Below are positions 1 through 9,193 of a DNA stretch of 26,796 bases, one piece after another. The stretch is from NCBI GenBank assembly GCA_034667265.1, contig JAXDKF010000173.1, positions 1 through 26,796 on the forward strand, in the 5' to 3' direction. The stretch's first letter is position 1. Each line of letters starts with the position of its first letter. The position numbers and the translations under genes are program-made. Source of the DNA: Fimbriimonadaceae bacterium. Its GTDB lineage: Bacteria; Armatimonadota; Fimbriimonadia; Fimbriimonadales; Fimbriimonadaceae. Below the pieces are notes generated by a model that was not told the DNA's origin, made no database searches, and saw only the letters and a program-made list of their open reading frames with translations.

Positions 1-2
1 TC

Positions 3-374
3 ATCGACTACGCATTCAAAGTAGAGCGACCCGGTTACATCCTGGTGTGGCAGTTCGATAGGTATCTGCCTCGCGTTCTCGATATAGAGGTTATCGGCTT
101 CACGCAGTTGGGCCGCTTCTACACAGCCGACATTCTGCGATCGGCCTCCGACCAGCAAGTCGCCGAGTACCTGGAAAGCTTGGGTTGGCAGGTCCGGGTT
201 ACAAAGCTCTCGATGGATCGGCAGGAGTTTCTCGTGCTGGCGATCTTCAGCGCGCAAGGGGCGATCCTGGAGGAGGCGGAAGAGTTCTACCTGCGGTGCC
301 TGAGCGCCCCCGACGACTGGCCGGCAATTGAACCGGAACCGCTGCTTGTGGGCCCCGGCTTGGTTGGGGTTTGA
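3..374 (+). CDS. Hypothetical protein, 5'-truncated by the window edge
   Basis: The frame of ORF 45..374 is open back to position 3 (IDYAFKVERPGYILVWQF...), so the GTG at 45 is probably not the true start. No family motif recognised. Confidence 0.6.
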   Translation: MDYAFKVERPGYILVWQFDRYLPRVLDIEVIGFTQLGRFYTADILRSASDQQVAEYLESLGWQVRVTKLSMDRQEFLVLAIFSAQGAILEEAEEFYLRCLSAPDDWPAIEPEPLLVGPGLVGV

Positions 375-481
375 ATCCGGGCGGTTCCCAGGCCGTGAAA
401 AGCAGTAAATCGAGGAAGCATGAACGGGCCTCTTGCGCGTCATTAAAAGAAGCGGCTGTGTAAACTTCCGCCGAAGGTCAG

Positions 482-1231
482 ATGACCATTCAAGCCCCTG
501 TTAAGAACCGTCCCCGAGTCGACATCCTCGGCGTAGCCGTAGATCGTCTCGACATGCCTGAAGCTTTGGCACGGCTGGACGAGTTCCTAAAGTCACGAAC
601 CCCGCACATCGTGGTCACAGCCGATGCGTGCGGCATCGTGCAAGCGCAGACCGATCCCGAGTTTATGGAGATCTTGCGGACCGCGCATCTCGTCACGCCC
701 GACAGCGCGGGCGTCCTGTGGGCCTCCAAGAAGAAGGGCGAGCCAATAAAGGAGCGGGTCAGCGGCGTCGATCTAACCGACGAGCTGTGCGCCATGAGCG
801 CGGATAGGGGCTGGCGGATTTTTCTTCTGGGCTCGCAGCCTGGAGTGGCCGACCTCGCCGCGGAAAAGCTCCGTCTCAAGCATCCGGGATGCAACATCGT
901 GGGGGCGCGTCACGGTTTCTTCCCATCCGAGAGCGACGAGGTTGTGGCGCAGGAGATCGCAGCGCTGAAACCCGACATCCTCCTCGTGGCGATGGGCATC
1001 CCGCGTCAGGAGAAGTTCATTCGGAAGACGCAGCACATCATCGGTGCGCCAATCGCGATGGGAGTCGGCGGCAGCTTGGACGTTTTCAGTGGAAAGGCGA
1101 AACGCGCGCCTTATGTCTTTCAGAGGCTGAAACTGGAATGGCTCTGGAGACTCATGCTCAATCCCTCCAAGATCTCCAAGGCCAAGTTCCTGCCAAGATT
1201 TGTATCTCTTGTGCTGAGGCCCAAACCCTAA
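482..1231 (+). CDS. tagA: WecB/TagA/CpsF family glycosyltransferase (N-acetylmannosaminyltransferase-like)
   Basis: Family motifs TPDSAGVLW, ERVSGVDL, IFLLGS, GARHGFF, VAMGIPRQEKF, GVGGSLDV, RAP and LEWLWRL; 249 aa is typical. Confidence 0.92.
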   Translation: MTIQAPVKNRPRVDILGVAVDRLDMPEALARLDEFLKSRTPHIVVTADACGIVQAQTDPEFMEILRTAHLVTPDSAGVLWASKKKGEPIKERVSGVDLTDELCAMSADRGWRIFLLGSQPGVADLAAEKLRLKHPGCNIVGARHGFFPSESDEVVAQEIAALKPDILLVAMGIPRQEKFIRKTQHIIGAPIAMGVGGSLDVFSGKAKRAPYVFQRLKLEWLWRLMLNPSKISKAKFLPRFVSLVLRPKP

Positions 1232-1277
1232 CACCTCAACACCTCAACACCTCAACACCTCAACACCTCAACACCTG
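1230..1277. repeat. Tandem octamer repeat (AACACCTC)x5 plus AACACCTG
   Basis: Read directly. It starts inside the tagA stop codon and ends 7 nt before the pduO ATG. Confidence 0.97.
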
Positions 1278-1284
1278 TCCCCCC

Positions 1285-1839
1285 ATGAAGATCTACACCA
1301 AGACCGGCGACAAAGGCCATACCGGACTTGTGGGTGGATCGAGAATCTCCAAAGCATCGGATCGGATCCAGGCCATCGGGGATGTGGATGAGCTCAATGC
1401 CACGATCGGCCTGGCGAGGACCGCGGGCCACGGAAGCGAGCTGGACTCTAATTTGGAGTGGCTGCAGAGCGCGCTGTTCGACGTCGGTGCGGAGCTCGCG
1501 TGTGTGCCCGGCGGAAGAATCTCTGTCGCGCCACTCGCGGACAACGTGGTGGAGCGCTTGGAGAAGTCCATCGACGCGCAGACCGAGAGCCTGCCCCTGT
1601 TGCAAAGCTTTATCCTGCCCGGCGGATCTAAGCTGGGAGCCCATCTGCATCTTGCTCGATGCGTTTGCCGGAGGGCCGAAAGGTCAGTGCTCTGCCTGCA
1701 CGGCCATGAACCTGTGCGAAAAGAGGTTTTGGTGTTCCTCAACCGCTTGTCTGACTGGCTTTTCGTGGCCGCACGCACGGCAAACAGGAACGAAAAGATA
1801 GAAGACGTACCGTGGAAAGCGGCTGAGACGTCAGGATAA
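1285..1839 (+). CDS. pduO: PduO-type ATP:cob(I)alamin adenosyltransferase
   Basis: Start at ATG 1285 gives MKIYTKTGDKGHT; also GDVDELNA, FILPGG, ARCVCRRAER and FLNRLSDWLF. The longer 889 start in the ORF track overlaps tagA and runs through the repeat, so it is spurious. Confidence 0.93.
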   Translation: MKIYTKTGDKGHTGLVGGSRISKASDRIQAIGDVDELNATIGLARTAGHGSELDSNLEWLQSALFDVGAELACVPGGRISVAPLADNVVERLEKSIDAQTESLPLLQSFILPGGSKLGAHLHLARCVCRRAERSVLCLHGHEPVRKEVLVFLNRLSDWLFVAARTANRNEKIEDVPWKAAETSG

Positions 1840-1843
1840 ACGG

Positions 1844-2617
1844 ATGCTAACCGCCATTGTCGCCGTCGTCGCCTTCACCCAGGCCCAGGATCAGCCCGCT
1901 CTGAAGCCTTCGATTTTGGTTTCGAAGATGTTTGCGAGATACGCCAAGGCTAACACCCTGGTGGGCAAGATCGAATACACCCAAACGGCGGAGGCGCAGG
2001 CGACTCAAACTGGCCAGCAGCTCAAGAACGCCTTGCACGGGACGACGGACGTGCAGTACGAGCGCCCCAGCAAGCTCTACGTCAAGCAAGTCTTTGAAGG
2101 AGCGCCGCGGCCGGCCTACAGGATCGTAAGCGACGGGTCGAGGTTCGTTTACAACATTCCAGCGGGCTCTACTCCGACGTTCCTCGGCAGCGAGCCCTCG
2201 AGCGAGCTCCTCGAGCCGGTTAACCAAAAAGGTTTCGCACTGACGATCGGCGAGATTTACCAAGTTGGCGCACTCGGCCTTTACATGAAGCCGGCGCCGC
2301 TCGACGTGGCAATCGCTAACAACGGCGATCTTCGGCTGTTCCAGAGCCAGCTCGCCACTCTAGAGGATAAAGGCGAAGAAACTATCGATGGCATGCACGC
2401 CCGGCTGGTGGGCGGCGAATGGCGGTCGTACAAGGAGGCCACGCCCAGTGGAGGCTATCAGATGGCCATCTCGGATACGGGCGATCTCCTCCGGCACGTT
2501 CTGAAAGAGAAGATCGCCGATCCGACTGGACAGACGGCGGGCGTTATGGTGACGACGGTTTGGAGGGTCAACCTCAAGGTTAATGCGACTCCCGATCCGG
2601 CCTTATTCAAGCGTTAG
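1844..2617 (+). CDS. Secreted protein, probable LolA-like/DUF2092 fold
   Basis: Signal-peptide-like N-terminus (MLTAIVAVVAFTQA). The pattern YERPSKLYV...IVSDGSRFVY resembles the RP-x-K...V-x-DG motif of LolA/DUF2092 beta-barrel proteins (recalled similarity, not searched). Confidence 0.6.
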   Translation: MLTAIVAVVAFTQAQDQPALKPSILVSKMFARYAKANTLVGKIEYTQTAEAQATQTGQQLKNALHGTTDVQYERPSKLYVKQVFEGAPRPAYRIVSDGSRFVYNIPAGSTPTFLGSEPSSELLEPVNQKGFALTIGEIYQVGALGLYMKPAPLDVAIANNGDLRLFQSQLATLEDKGEETIDGMHARLVGGEWRSYKEATPSGGYQMAISDTGDLLRHVLKEKIADPTGQTAGVMVTTVWRVNLKVNATPDPALFKR

Positions 2618-2769
2618 GGACTCTAATTCGGTAAAAGGTCCAACCAACGCGCTTCTTTGTCCGTTACTCTTTGTGGGGGCGATTCGAGGCAACGGATCAT
2701 AGGCAACTGGACAAAGGTTCAATTGCGCTACAAATATTAGAGCCGCTTCTGAAAGAACACTTTTTTGGG

Positions 2770-2775
2770 TAGATT
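2770..2775 (+). promoter_or_regulatory. Putative -10 hexamer TAGATT, 8 nt before feoA ATG (leaderless-type promoter)
   Basis: TAnnnT in an AT-rich stretch with no clear Shine-Dalgarno. The same geometry recurs at several other genes in the window. Confidence 0.45.
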
Positions 2776-2783
2776 GAGAAAAG

Positions 2784-3035
2784 ATGTCCGCTCCCGCCGC
2801 AACTTCCATGGGATTCGCGAAACTTCGTAAAGGGATGCGAGCACGCATTGTGAGCATCGCGAGCTCTTCCGAAGCGTTGCAGAGGATCCAGGAAATGGGC
2901 CTCACGGTGGGGACCACCTTCCGCGTGGTCAAAGTAGCGCCGTTTGGCGATCCAGTTGAGATCGATGTCAGAGGCTACCGGCTGTGCCTCAGGCGCGCGG
3001 AGACTCAGGGCATCGAGGTCGAAGCGATCTCCTAA
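2784..3035 (+). CDS. feoA: Ferrous iron transport protein A
   Basis: 83 aa with RIQEMGLTVGT, VAPFGDPVEIDVRGYRLCLRRAE; stop overlaps the feoB start (TAATG). Confidence 0.95.
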   Translation: MSAPAATSMGFAKLRKGMRARIVSIASSSEALQRIQEMGLTVGTTFRVVKVAPFGDPVEIDVRGYRLCLRRAETQGIEVEAIS

Positions 3036-5206
3036 TGTCCGTATCTGCCGTCGTCGCGCCGGTCACGTCACCTAGCCAGACCCGCCTGGTTGCGATCGTC
3101 GGCAACCCCAACGCAGGGAAGACATCGCTCTTCAATGCCCTGACCGGCTCCAGCCAGAAGGTCGGCAACTACCCCGGAGTCACGGTCGAGAAAGTTTCGG
3201 CCGAGCTGAAGCTCGAAGGGGAGCGCATCGATTGCATCGACGTGCCGGGCCTCTACAGTCTTGCTCCAAGGTCTGAGGACGAGCGTGTCGCGGCCGATGT
3301 GATCCTCGGCAAGTGCACGGATCTGAGCAAGCCGGACCTCTTGGTCTGCGTTCTGGACGCCTCCAACCTGGAGCGCAACCTTTTCTTTTATTCCCAGCTC
3401 GCGGACCTGGGCATCCCGCTTTTAGTCGCTCTTACGATGGTGGACCGGATCGAGCGGGATGGCAGGCGCGTCGACTACGCGCGTCTCACAAATCTTCTCG
3501 GCGCCGAAGTCATTCCCGTCAACGGCCACAAAGCCAAAGGCATGGTCGTGCTCAAGGAGGCGATCGCAAAGAACTTGGCTGCGCCTCGCATCCCAAAGCT
3601 GGAGCTCGGTGGCCCGGATGCGCTCGAAGGCAAGATCGCCCTCCTGCGGGAGAGACTCGCGAGAATCGGGATGGACGTGACCTCGGGCGAAGTCAGAGAG
3701 TCGCTCTTCGATCCCAGCGAGGAAATGCAGCTCTATCTCAGCGACTTTCCAGAAGTACGCGAGGCGTTCGACGAAGCCAAAGCCATCGCCGCTATCGAGC
3801 CGGCGCAGGCTCCTCCCGCCGACACGGCAACCCGATACCAGTGGGCTGGCATGGTGCAACGCGCTACCGTCCCACAACCGGTCGAAGGCCGCCAAAGGCC
3901 GCTGACGGATCGCATCGACTACGTCCTGACCCACCGCGTCTTTGGGCTCGGCGTGTTTCTCGGCGTCATGTACTTGGTCTTCCAATCGATCTACACCTTC
4001 TCGCAGCCGTTGATGGACCTCATCTCCAAGGGCTTTAGCTTTGTGGGAGGTCTGATCGGGCCACATCTCGAGAATGTGCCGATCCTCAAGTCTCTGGCGG
4101 TGGATGGTCTGATCGCCGGAGTGGGATCGGCGCTGGTCTTCTTGCCGCAGATCCTCATCCTGTTCTTCTTCATCGCGTTTCTGGAGGGCACCGGGTACCT
4201 GGCCCGCGCGGCCTTTCTAATGGACAAGCTTCTGGGCTGGTGCGGTCTGAACGGTCGCGCATTCATTCCTCTGCTTTCGAGCTTTGCCTGCGCGATCCCC
4301 GGCATCATGGCCGCGCGCGTGATGCCGGATTCCAAGAGCCGCCTGGCCACCATTCTCGTCGCGCCGCTGATGAGCTGTTCGGCAAGGCTGCCCGTGTACT
4401 TGCTGCTCATCGGCGCGTTCATCGCTCCTTACGGCCCCATCTGGGCGGGCTTCGCGTTGTTTGCGATGCATCTGCTCGGCCTCCTCGTGGCGATTCCCAT
4501 CGTCTGGTTCTTGAACAGGGGAGTGATCAAAGGGAAGCGCCTGCCGTTCCTTCTGGAGCTGCCCCCCTATCAATGGCCGCGTTGGCGCGACGTCTGGCTT
4601 GCGATGTATTTCCGCGCGAAGGTGTTCGTGACCACGGCCGGCACCACGATTGTCGTGATGTCGATCTTGATCTGGGGCCTGTCCTTCTTCCCTCGATCGA
4701 ACGAAGCGCGGGCTAGGTATCAAACAGAAGTCACCCGGCGAAACCCTAGTGCCTCGCAGGATGTCATCGACCACCACGTCCAGGAGCAAGAGCTGGCCCA
4801 CTCGTACCTGGGTCGATTTGGAAAAGGCATCGAGCCGGTGTTCGTACCGGCTGGCTTCGATTGGAGGATCACCACGGCGATCCTCTCCGCCTTTCCCGCG
4901 CGGGAGACGGTTGTGCCCTCTCTAGGAATCATCTTCAGCTTAGGGACCGACACCGAGAAGGACCCCAAAGCTCTTCAGCAAGCAATGCGCGACGCGAGGT
5001 GGCCGGACGGGCGCCCTCTCATGACACCGCTGACGGCGGTGGGCCTGATGGTCTTCTTTGCCCTGTGCTGCCAATGCATGTCCACGCTCGCGACCGTAAA
5101 GCGGGAAACCAACTCCTGGAAGTGGCCCGTATTTATGTTTACTTACATGAGCCTGCTTGCTTATTTGGCGGCAGTTGGCATCCACCAGATTGGCAGCCGC
5201 ATATAA
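3035..5206 (+). CDS. feoB: Ferrous iron transport protein B
   Basis: G1 GNPNAGKT, G2 NYPGVTVE, G3 DVPG, G4-like TMVD; membrane part with GYLARAAF, SCSARLPVY, ARETVV and CCQC. Start ATG 3035 is coupled to the feoA stop. Confidence 0.96.
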   Translation: MSVSAVVAPVTSPSQTRLVAIVGNPNAGKTSLFNALTGSSQKVGNYPGVTVEKVSAELKLEGERIDCIDVPGLYSLAPRSEDERVAADVILGKCTDLSKPDLLVCVLDASNLERNLFFYSQLADLGIPLLVALTMVDRIERDGRRVDYARLTNLLGAEVIPVNGHKAKGMVVLKEAIAKNLAAPRIPKLELGGPDALEGKIALLRERLARIGMDVTSGEVRESLFDPSEEMQLYLSDFPEVREAFDEAKAIAAIEPAQAPPADTATRYQWAGMVQRATVPQPVEGRQRPLTDRIDYVLTHRVFGLGVFLGVMYLVFQSIYTFSQPLMDLISKGFSFVGGLIGPHLENVPILKSLAVDGLIAGVGSALVFLPQILILFFFIAFLEGTGYLARAAFLMDKLLGWCGLNGRAFIPLLSSFACAIPGIMAARVMPDSKSRLATILVAPLMSCSARLPVYLLLIGAFIAPYGPIWAGFALFAMHLLGLLVAIPIVWFLNRGVIKGKRLPFLLELPPYQWPRWRDVWLAMYFRAKVFVTTAGTTIVVMSILIWGLSFFPRSNEARARYQTEVTRRNPSASQDVIDHHVQEQELAHSYLGRFGKGIEPVFVPAGFDWRITTAILSAFPARETVVPSLGIIFSLGTDTEKDPKALQQAMRDARWPDGRPLMTPLTAVGLMVFFALCCQCMSTLATVKRETNSWKWPVFMFTYMSLLAYLAAVGIHQIGSRI

Positions 5207-5264
5207 AGTGTGGTTAAATGTCTTTGCTTTAAGGGTGTTTCCTTGAAGTCGGGATAGATGCCGC

Positions 5265-5489
5265 ATGAAGAGCGCGCTGATTAAACTGCTTTTGACCGTA
5301 TCGATCAGCACCATGGTGGCCCTCGCGATCTTGGGGACGTACGTTGTTGCGACCAAGTCCAACGAGATCTCAATCGTGAAGCCGGCCGATCCGATCAAGG
5401 CGTTGCCGAGCCAGATGCCGCCACGGCAGCCGAGCAAGCGCTATATCCGTCCGCAGGACCAGAACCCGGACGCACCGTCACCCCACTAG
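5265..5489 (+). CDS. Small hypothetical membrane-anchored protein with Pro-rich tail
   Basis: 74 aa ORF filling the feoB-ubiX gap; one hydrophobic N-terminal helix followed by a Pro-rich segment. Confidence 0.55.
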   Translation: MKSALIKLLLTVSISTMVALAILGTYVVATKSNEISIVKPADPIKALPSQMPPRQPSKRYIRPQDQNPDAPSPH

Positions 5490-5523
5490 TCGCGTCCTGA
5501 CTTGCCGGTAGAGTTAAGGCTGC

Positions 5524-6117
5524 ATGGGGACAGGCAAGCTCGTTGTTGGCATCACGGGGGCTAGCGGCGCAATCTATGCCCAGCGGTTCCTCATCCAGGC
5601 CGCCAAGCACTATTCGGAAATCTTCCTCATCCTTAGCGACCAGGCTCTCCAGGTCGCAGCGACTGAGCTTGGCGTCGCTCCCAAACGTGAGGGATTTACA
5701 ACAAGGGAATGGTTGGGAGAAGAGCTTCCCAATGTGAAGCTCCTCGATTCGAAGAACTATTTCACTCCGCCCGCGAGCGGGTCATTCCGCCACGACGGCA
5801 TGGTGATCGTGCCCTGCTCGATGGGCACCGCCGGGCGGATCGCCAATGGCATCAGCGACGATCTGCTCACTCGCGCCGCGGATGTGTGTCTTAAGGAATC
5901 GCGAAAGCTGATCGTGGTGCCGAGGGAGATGCCTATGAACGTGATCATGCTGCGCAATCTCACGACGTTAGCGGAAGCCGGAGCCATCGTCCTGCCCGCG
6001 TGCCCGGCGTGGTATTCGCGTCCCCAAAGTTTGGAGGAGCTCGCGGACACGGTCGTTGCTCGGATCCTGCAGAACCTTGGCATCGAGCAGTCGCTGCACA
6101 AGCAGTGGATGGATTAG
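5524..6117 (+). CDS. ubiX: Flavin prenyltransferase UbiX
   Basis: VVGITGASGAIYA, VPCSMGT, LLTRAADVCLKE, PREMP and PAWY..P motifs; 197 aa. Confidence 0.94.
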   Translation: MGTGKLVVGITGASGAIYAQRFLIQAAKHYSEIFLILSDQALQVAATELGVAPKREGFTTREWLGEELPNVKLLDSKNYFTPPASGSFRHDGMVIVPCSMGTAGRIANGISDDLLTRAADVCLKESRKLIVVPREMPMNVIMLRNLTTLAEAGAIVLPACPAWYSRPQSLEELADTVVARILQNLGIEQSLHKQWMD

Positions 6118-6207
6118 CAAAGGATTGATTCCGACCTTCGATGTTCAGTGCCACGACATGTTGGACACACTGCAATCTGTGCGGCGACGAGGGAAGATCG
6201 ATTCGAC

Positions 6208-6250
6208 CCGCGTCCCTCCGCGTCTCTGCGTTCTCCGAGCCTCCGCGTGA
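6208..6250. repeat. Degenerate CTCCGCGT-like tandem repeat
   Basis: CCGCGTC-CCT-CCGCGTC-TCTGCGTT-CTCCGAGC-CTCCGCGTG in the ubiX-TIGR01777 gap; units are imperfect. Confidence 0.55.
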
Positions 6251-6282
6251 AGCAACCTGACACCGATAGACTGTGCGGAGCA

Positions 6283-7182
6283 ATGAAGGTCGTTATCGCC
6301 GGAGGCACTGGATTCCTAGGCCAAGCGCTCGTCAAGGAGTTCTCGAGCCGCGGCGACGAAGTCGTCGTGCTCTCGCGATCCGGCAAGGCGGCGCAAAACG
6401 CAAAGTCTGTCCAGTGGGATGGGAAGACGGTTGGCGATTGGGCGCAAGAACTGGAAGGCGCCGAAGCCGTCCTGAATATGGCGGGGGAGGACGTGTTCAC
6501 CCGATGGAGCCAGTCAAAGCGAGAGCGCATCTTAACCTCTCGCGTCGAGCCCACCCAAGCCATAGCCAGGGCAATCGAGAAGGCAAAGCGTCCGCCCGCG
6601 GTGTGGGTCAATGCCAGCGCGGTCGGCTACTACGGAAGCACGGGAGACAAGCCGGTCGACGAGACCTCTCCCGCCGGCGCCGATCGTCTCGCGGAAGTCT
6701 GCAAACAGTGGGAGAGCGCCCAGACCGACTGCCTATGCCCAGAAACCAAGCTGTCCACGATCCGCATCGGATTCGTCCTCGGGCGCGGGGGTGGCGCGTT
6801 TCCCCTGCTCAGGCGGCTTACTAAGCTGTTACTCGGCTCTGCCCTTGGAAGTGGCAAGCAGTGGGTTCCCTGGATCCACGTCGATGACGTGGCAAGGATC
6901 TTCGCCCTTGCGGTAGACCAGCGCCTTGAAGGTCCACTTAACGCGGTCGGTCCCTACCCGGTGACCAACGCACAGCTCATGACCGAGTTGAGGAAGCAGA
7001 TGCGTCGCCCCTGGGCTCCGAACGTGCCCAAGCCCGTGCTCAGCTTGGGCGCGTTAATCAAGTTGCCGCCCACCGAGGTAACGCTCGCCAGCCAGCGTGC
7101 CTTACCCGGGCGCCTTCAAACGCTTGGCTTCGACTACAAGTTTCCTACCCTCGAGAGCGCGCTCGCCGACCTGTTAGCCTAA
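6283..7182 (+). CDS. TIGR01777 family NAD-dependent epimerase-fold oxidoreductase (YfcH-like)
   Basis: Start ATG 6283 gives MKVVIAGGTGFLG (Rossmann); also RW...KRERILTSRV, NASAVGYYG, GSGKQWVPWIHVDD and SQRALP; 299 aa. Confidence 0.92.
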   Translation: MKVVIAGGTGFLGQALVKEFSSRGDEVVVLSRSGKAAQNAKSVQWDGKTVGDWAQELEGAEAVLNMAGEDVFTRWSQSKRERILTSRVEPTQAIARAIEKAKRPPAVWVNASAVGYYGSTGDKPVDETSPAGADRLAEVCKQWESAQTDCLCPETKLSTIRIGFVLGRGGGAFPLLRRLTKLLLGSALGSGKQWVPWIHVDDVARIFALAVDQRLEGPLNAVGPYPVTNAQLMTELRKQMRRPWAPNVPKPVLSLGALIKLPPTEVTLASQRALPGRLQTLGFDYKFPTLESALADLLA

Positions 7183-7238
7183 CCAAGGCTGAAGCCGAAG
7201 GCGGTAGACTTCTACTTCGAAACGACCTTATTTGTACT

Positions 7239-8531
7239 ATGCAGATCACCCGAGAAGACCTCAATCCGTGCACCGTAAAGCTGACCGTCGTTTGCGATCC
7301 CGAGGAGGTGAAATCCGGTTTCGACAAAGCTACCAAGCAGCTTGCCAAGAAAGTCCGGCTTCCCGGGTTTCGGCCCGGCACAGCGCCCAAGCACCTCGTC
7401 GAGCAGTACCTCGACAAGGGCGAGTTGTACGACCAGGCGATCCAGCAGGTTGTCGGCAATGGCTACAAGGAAGCGATCAAGCAGCAAGCCCTCGAGCCCG
7501 ATCCCACCGTCCGTCCGCAGATTGAAGTCACCAAGCTGAATGAGACTGAGGGCGAGTTCATCATCAAAGTGGGCCTGCCTGCAGTAGTCGAGCTCGGCGA
7601 CCTCAACGGCATCCCGGTAGAGAAGCCGGCCGTCAAGATCACGGACGAGGACATCGAGCACCAGATCCTTGAGCTTCGTCAACGCCGGGGTACCCGCGAG
7701 ACCATTACGGAGCGAGGCGTGACCGATGGCGACGTCTGCGTGGTCAACATCAAGGCCGACGGGGAAGAAGGCGAGGCAAGGACCTTCATGGTCATTGCGG
7801 GCCAGACCTTCCCGTCCTTAGACCAGGTCCTCGCAAATATGCGGGTGGAAGAGGTCAAGCACGTGGATCTCACGTTCCCAGAGAACTTCCAGGAGAAAGA
7901 TTGGGCAGGGAAGTCCTTCAAGGCTTTCGTGGCCCTCAATTCACTCAGCGCGCTCCGCATGCCGGAGGTTGACGACGCCTTCGCCCAGAGTCTCAAGACC
8001 GAGAGCGTCGACGACCTGAAGGATCGGATCCGTCGAGGCATGGAGCGGGCGGTCAGCTCCGAGGTTGAGAAGATCGTCGCCGAGCAGCTCTTGGACGGCC
8101 TCCTGGAGCGCAGCAAAGTTGAGGTATCGGACAATATGTGGGAGCCCATCGCCGAGCAGCGCGAAACCGAGATCGCCGCCGAGCAGCGCAAGGCCGGCAA
8201 GACCCTCGACGATTACGCCCAGCAACAGGGAATGACCCTCGAAGAGACCCGTCAAAACTGGCGGGATCGGGCGCGGACGGAAGTCAAGCGGGCCCTGCTT
8301 GTGAGAGAGATCTACAACCAGCAGGATATGAAGCTCACAAACGAAGATTTGAACCTAGAATTGGAAGAAATGTCCCGCGAGGCGGGCGTCGAACCGAAAG
8401 AATTGGTGAAGCTGCTCGAACAGCAGAACGCCATGAACGAACTGCAATTTCGCGCAATCTCGCATAAGGTGCGCGAGTTTCTCGCTGCCCAGGCTGACGT
8501 CAAAGAGATGGCGGGCAGCGCAAGGGCGTAG
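7239..8531 (+). CDS. tig: Trigger factor
   Basis: Ribosome-binding signature [10 protein letters not shown], 430 aa, central LTFPENF..KDWAGK segment, and position upstream of clpP-clpX. Confidence 0.95.
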   Translation: MQITREDLNPCTVKLTVVCDPEEVKSGFDKATKQLAKKVRLPGFRPGTAPKHLVEQYLDKGELYDQAIQQVVGNGYKEAIKQQALEPDPTVRPQIEVTKLNETEGEFIIKVGLPAVVELGDLNGIPVEKPAVKITDEDIEHQILELRQRRGTRETITERGVTDGDVCVVNIKADGEEGEARTFMVIAGQTFPSLDQVLANMRVEEVKHVDLTFPENFQEKDWAGKSFKAFVALNSLSALRMPEVDDAFAQSLKTESVDDLKDRIRRGMERAVSSEVEKIVAEQLLDGLLERSKVEVSDNMWEPIAEQRETEIAAEQRKAGKTLDDYAQQQGMTLEETRQNWRDRARTEVKRALLVREIYNQQDMKLTNEDLNLELEEMSREAGVEPKELVKLLEQQNAMNELQFRAISHKVREFLAAQADVKEMAGSARA

Positions 8532-8539
8532 TTTGGCCC

Positions 8540-9166
8540 ATGAATTGCATGGATGAACGCAACGACGATGAGGAGATCATAGTGGGAGTTCCGTACGTCA
8601 TTGAGCAGACCGCTCGCGGTGAGCGCAGCTACGACCTCTGGTCGCGTCTGCTAAAGGACCGAATCGTTTTCTTGGGAACGCCCGTAGACGACTACGTCGC
8701 GAACCTAATCGTCGCCCAATTGCTGTTCCTTGAGAAGGAAGATGCGGACAAGGACATCGATTTCTACATCAACAGCCCCGGCGGCTCCGTAAGCGCCGGA
8801 TTGGCCATTTATGACGCGATGCAGATCATTAAGCCCGATGTGGCCACGATCTGCGTGGGGCAGGCAGCTTCGATGGGGGCAGTGCTTTTAGCAGGTGGAG
8901 CCACCGGAAAGCGTTACGTTTTGCACCACGCCCGCGTAATGATTCACCAGGTGAGTGCTGGATTTCAGGGCACAACAGCCGATATTAACGTTCAGGCGAA
9001 GGAAATCAATCGCGCGATGGATACTTTAATGGAGATCCTCGCGAAGCACACCGGAAAGGACAAGGAGAAGGTGCGGAAGGACTGTGACCGCGACTACTTC
9101 ATGTCAGCCGAAGAGTCGGTGGCCTACGGGCTTTGCGACAAGGTGCTGGAAAGCGGAATGAGATAA
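8540..9166 (+). CDS. clpP: ATP-dependent Clp protease proteolytic subunit
   Basis: [24 protein letters not shown], catalytic Ser in QAASMGA, His in MIHQ, Asp in DRDYFMS. The start may be ATG 8549. Confidence 0.97.
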   Translation: MNCMDERNDDEEIIVGVPYVIEQTARGERSYDLWSRLLKDRIVFLGTPVDDYVANLIVAQLLFLEKEDADKDIDFYINSPGGSVSAGLAIYDAMQIIKPDVATICVGQAASMGAVLLAGGATGKRYVLHHARVMIHQVSAGFQGTTADINVQAKEINRAMDTLMEILAKHTGKDKEKVRKDCDRDYFMSAEESVAYGLCDKVLESGMR

Positions 9167-9193
9167 GCCGAACCATAGAATAGGAAAATTTGC

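Noticed and set aside
1230-1277. Repeat arrays as CRISPR
   Set aside because: Units are 7-8 nt and contiguous with no spacers, and no cas genes are present.
889-1284. N-terminal extension of the 316-aa ORF into tagA and through the octamer repeat
   Set aside because: It overlaps tagA in another frame and has non-protein-like composition; the PduO signature begins at ATG 1285.
2718-2783. Fur/DtxR/Irr iron box upstream of feoA
   Set aside because: Only weak half-matches (TTAGAG-N-TTCTGAA, ATTGAGAA); no convincing palindrome.
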